Source: Gordius albopunctatus (lineage: Eukaryota). Taken from it: a stretch of 64,000 bases of DNA. Position 1 is the stretch's first letter. Every line of letters starts with the position of its first letter. Position numbers and translations under genes: made by a program. This document shows, one piece after another, positions 63,703 to 64,000 of this stretch. The stretch lies in the NCBI GenBank assembly GCA_964276515.1, contig OZ193909.1, positions 21,142,001 to 21,206,000 of the forward strand, in the 5' to 3' direction. The notes under the pieces are model-generated. The model did no database searches. It was not told the origin of the DNA and saw nothing but the letters and a program-made list of their open reading frames with translations.

Positions 63703-64000
63703 CTAGCTGTGCCCGGCGGCCAAGCGTTGCTTTGCCTCAGTCCTCAAGTGTTTAAGGAAGTATAACCTATTAATAAGACTACTTATCTAAAATGGGGTGG
63801 GCATATATGAAATGATAATAATTCAAATAAATAAAATATCCATAATATTTTTATTTAGAGCACGAATTTTATCACCTCATGCATTTTATGAACCCACTAT
63901 TTTTAGTGTCTATATATAATAAGACAAACCAAATGCGAATTCTGTTTTAGTCATCAAATCCCACTAAAATTAAATGTTTTTGGAAAAATAGCTGATCCAT
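63703..64000 (-). mobile_element. Non-autonomous Helitron 3' end (continues beyond the window)
   Basis: CTAGCTGTGCCCGGCGGCCAAGCGTTGCTTTG is the reverse complement of the 3' terminus at 55619, and the body matches 55327-55619. Confidence 0.9.

Overview
AT-rich eukaryotic (invertebrate-animal-like) genomic DNA with spliceosomal introns, some only 34-47 nt long. Five protein genes can be assembled by hand: condensin II subunit NCAPG2 (+, 23 exons, one GC-AG intron), a convergent SLC18B1-like MFS transporter (-), a p24-gamma/TMED3-7 cargo receptor (-), a type II membrane glycosyltransferase resembling the plant At5g12260-type family (+), and an uncharacterised gene that appears to join a degenerate ParB/Srx-like domain, an acidic tract and two C2H2 fingers (-). 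There is one tRNA-Pro(TGG). Much of the rest is a dense, often nested mix of mobile elements: several hAT MITE families with 8-bp TSDs, a Gypsy remnant, solo LTRs, RTE- and CRE-like LINE remnants, non-autonomous Helitrons (one with a 118-unit CATA expansion) and foldback elements. The most interesting signals are a sharp 5'-to-3' switch inside housekeeping genes (CpG-poor, tiny introns, no recognised TEs near the start; CpG-rich further downstream), the plant/algal-type glycosyltransferase, and the ParB-like/zinc-finger gene. All family assignments come from remembered motifs; no database search was run.
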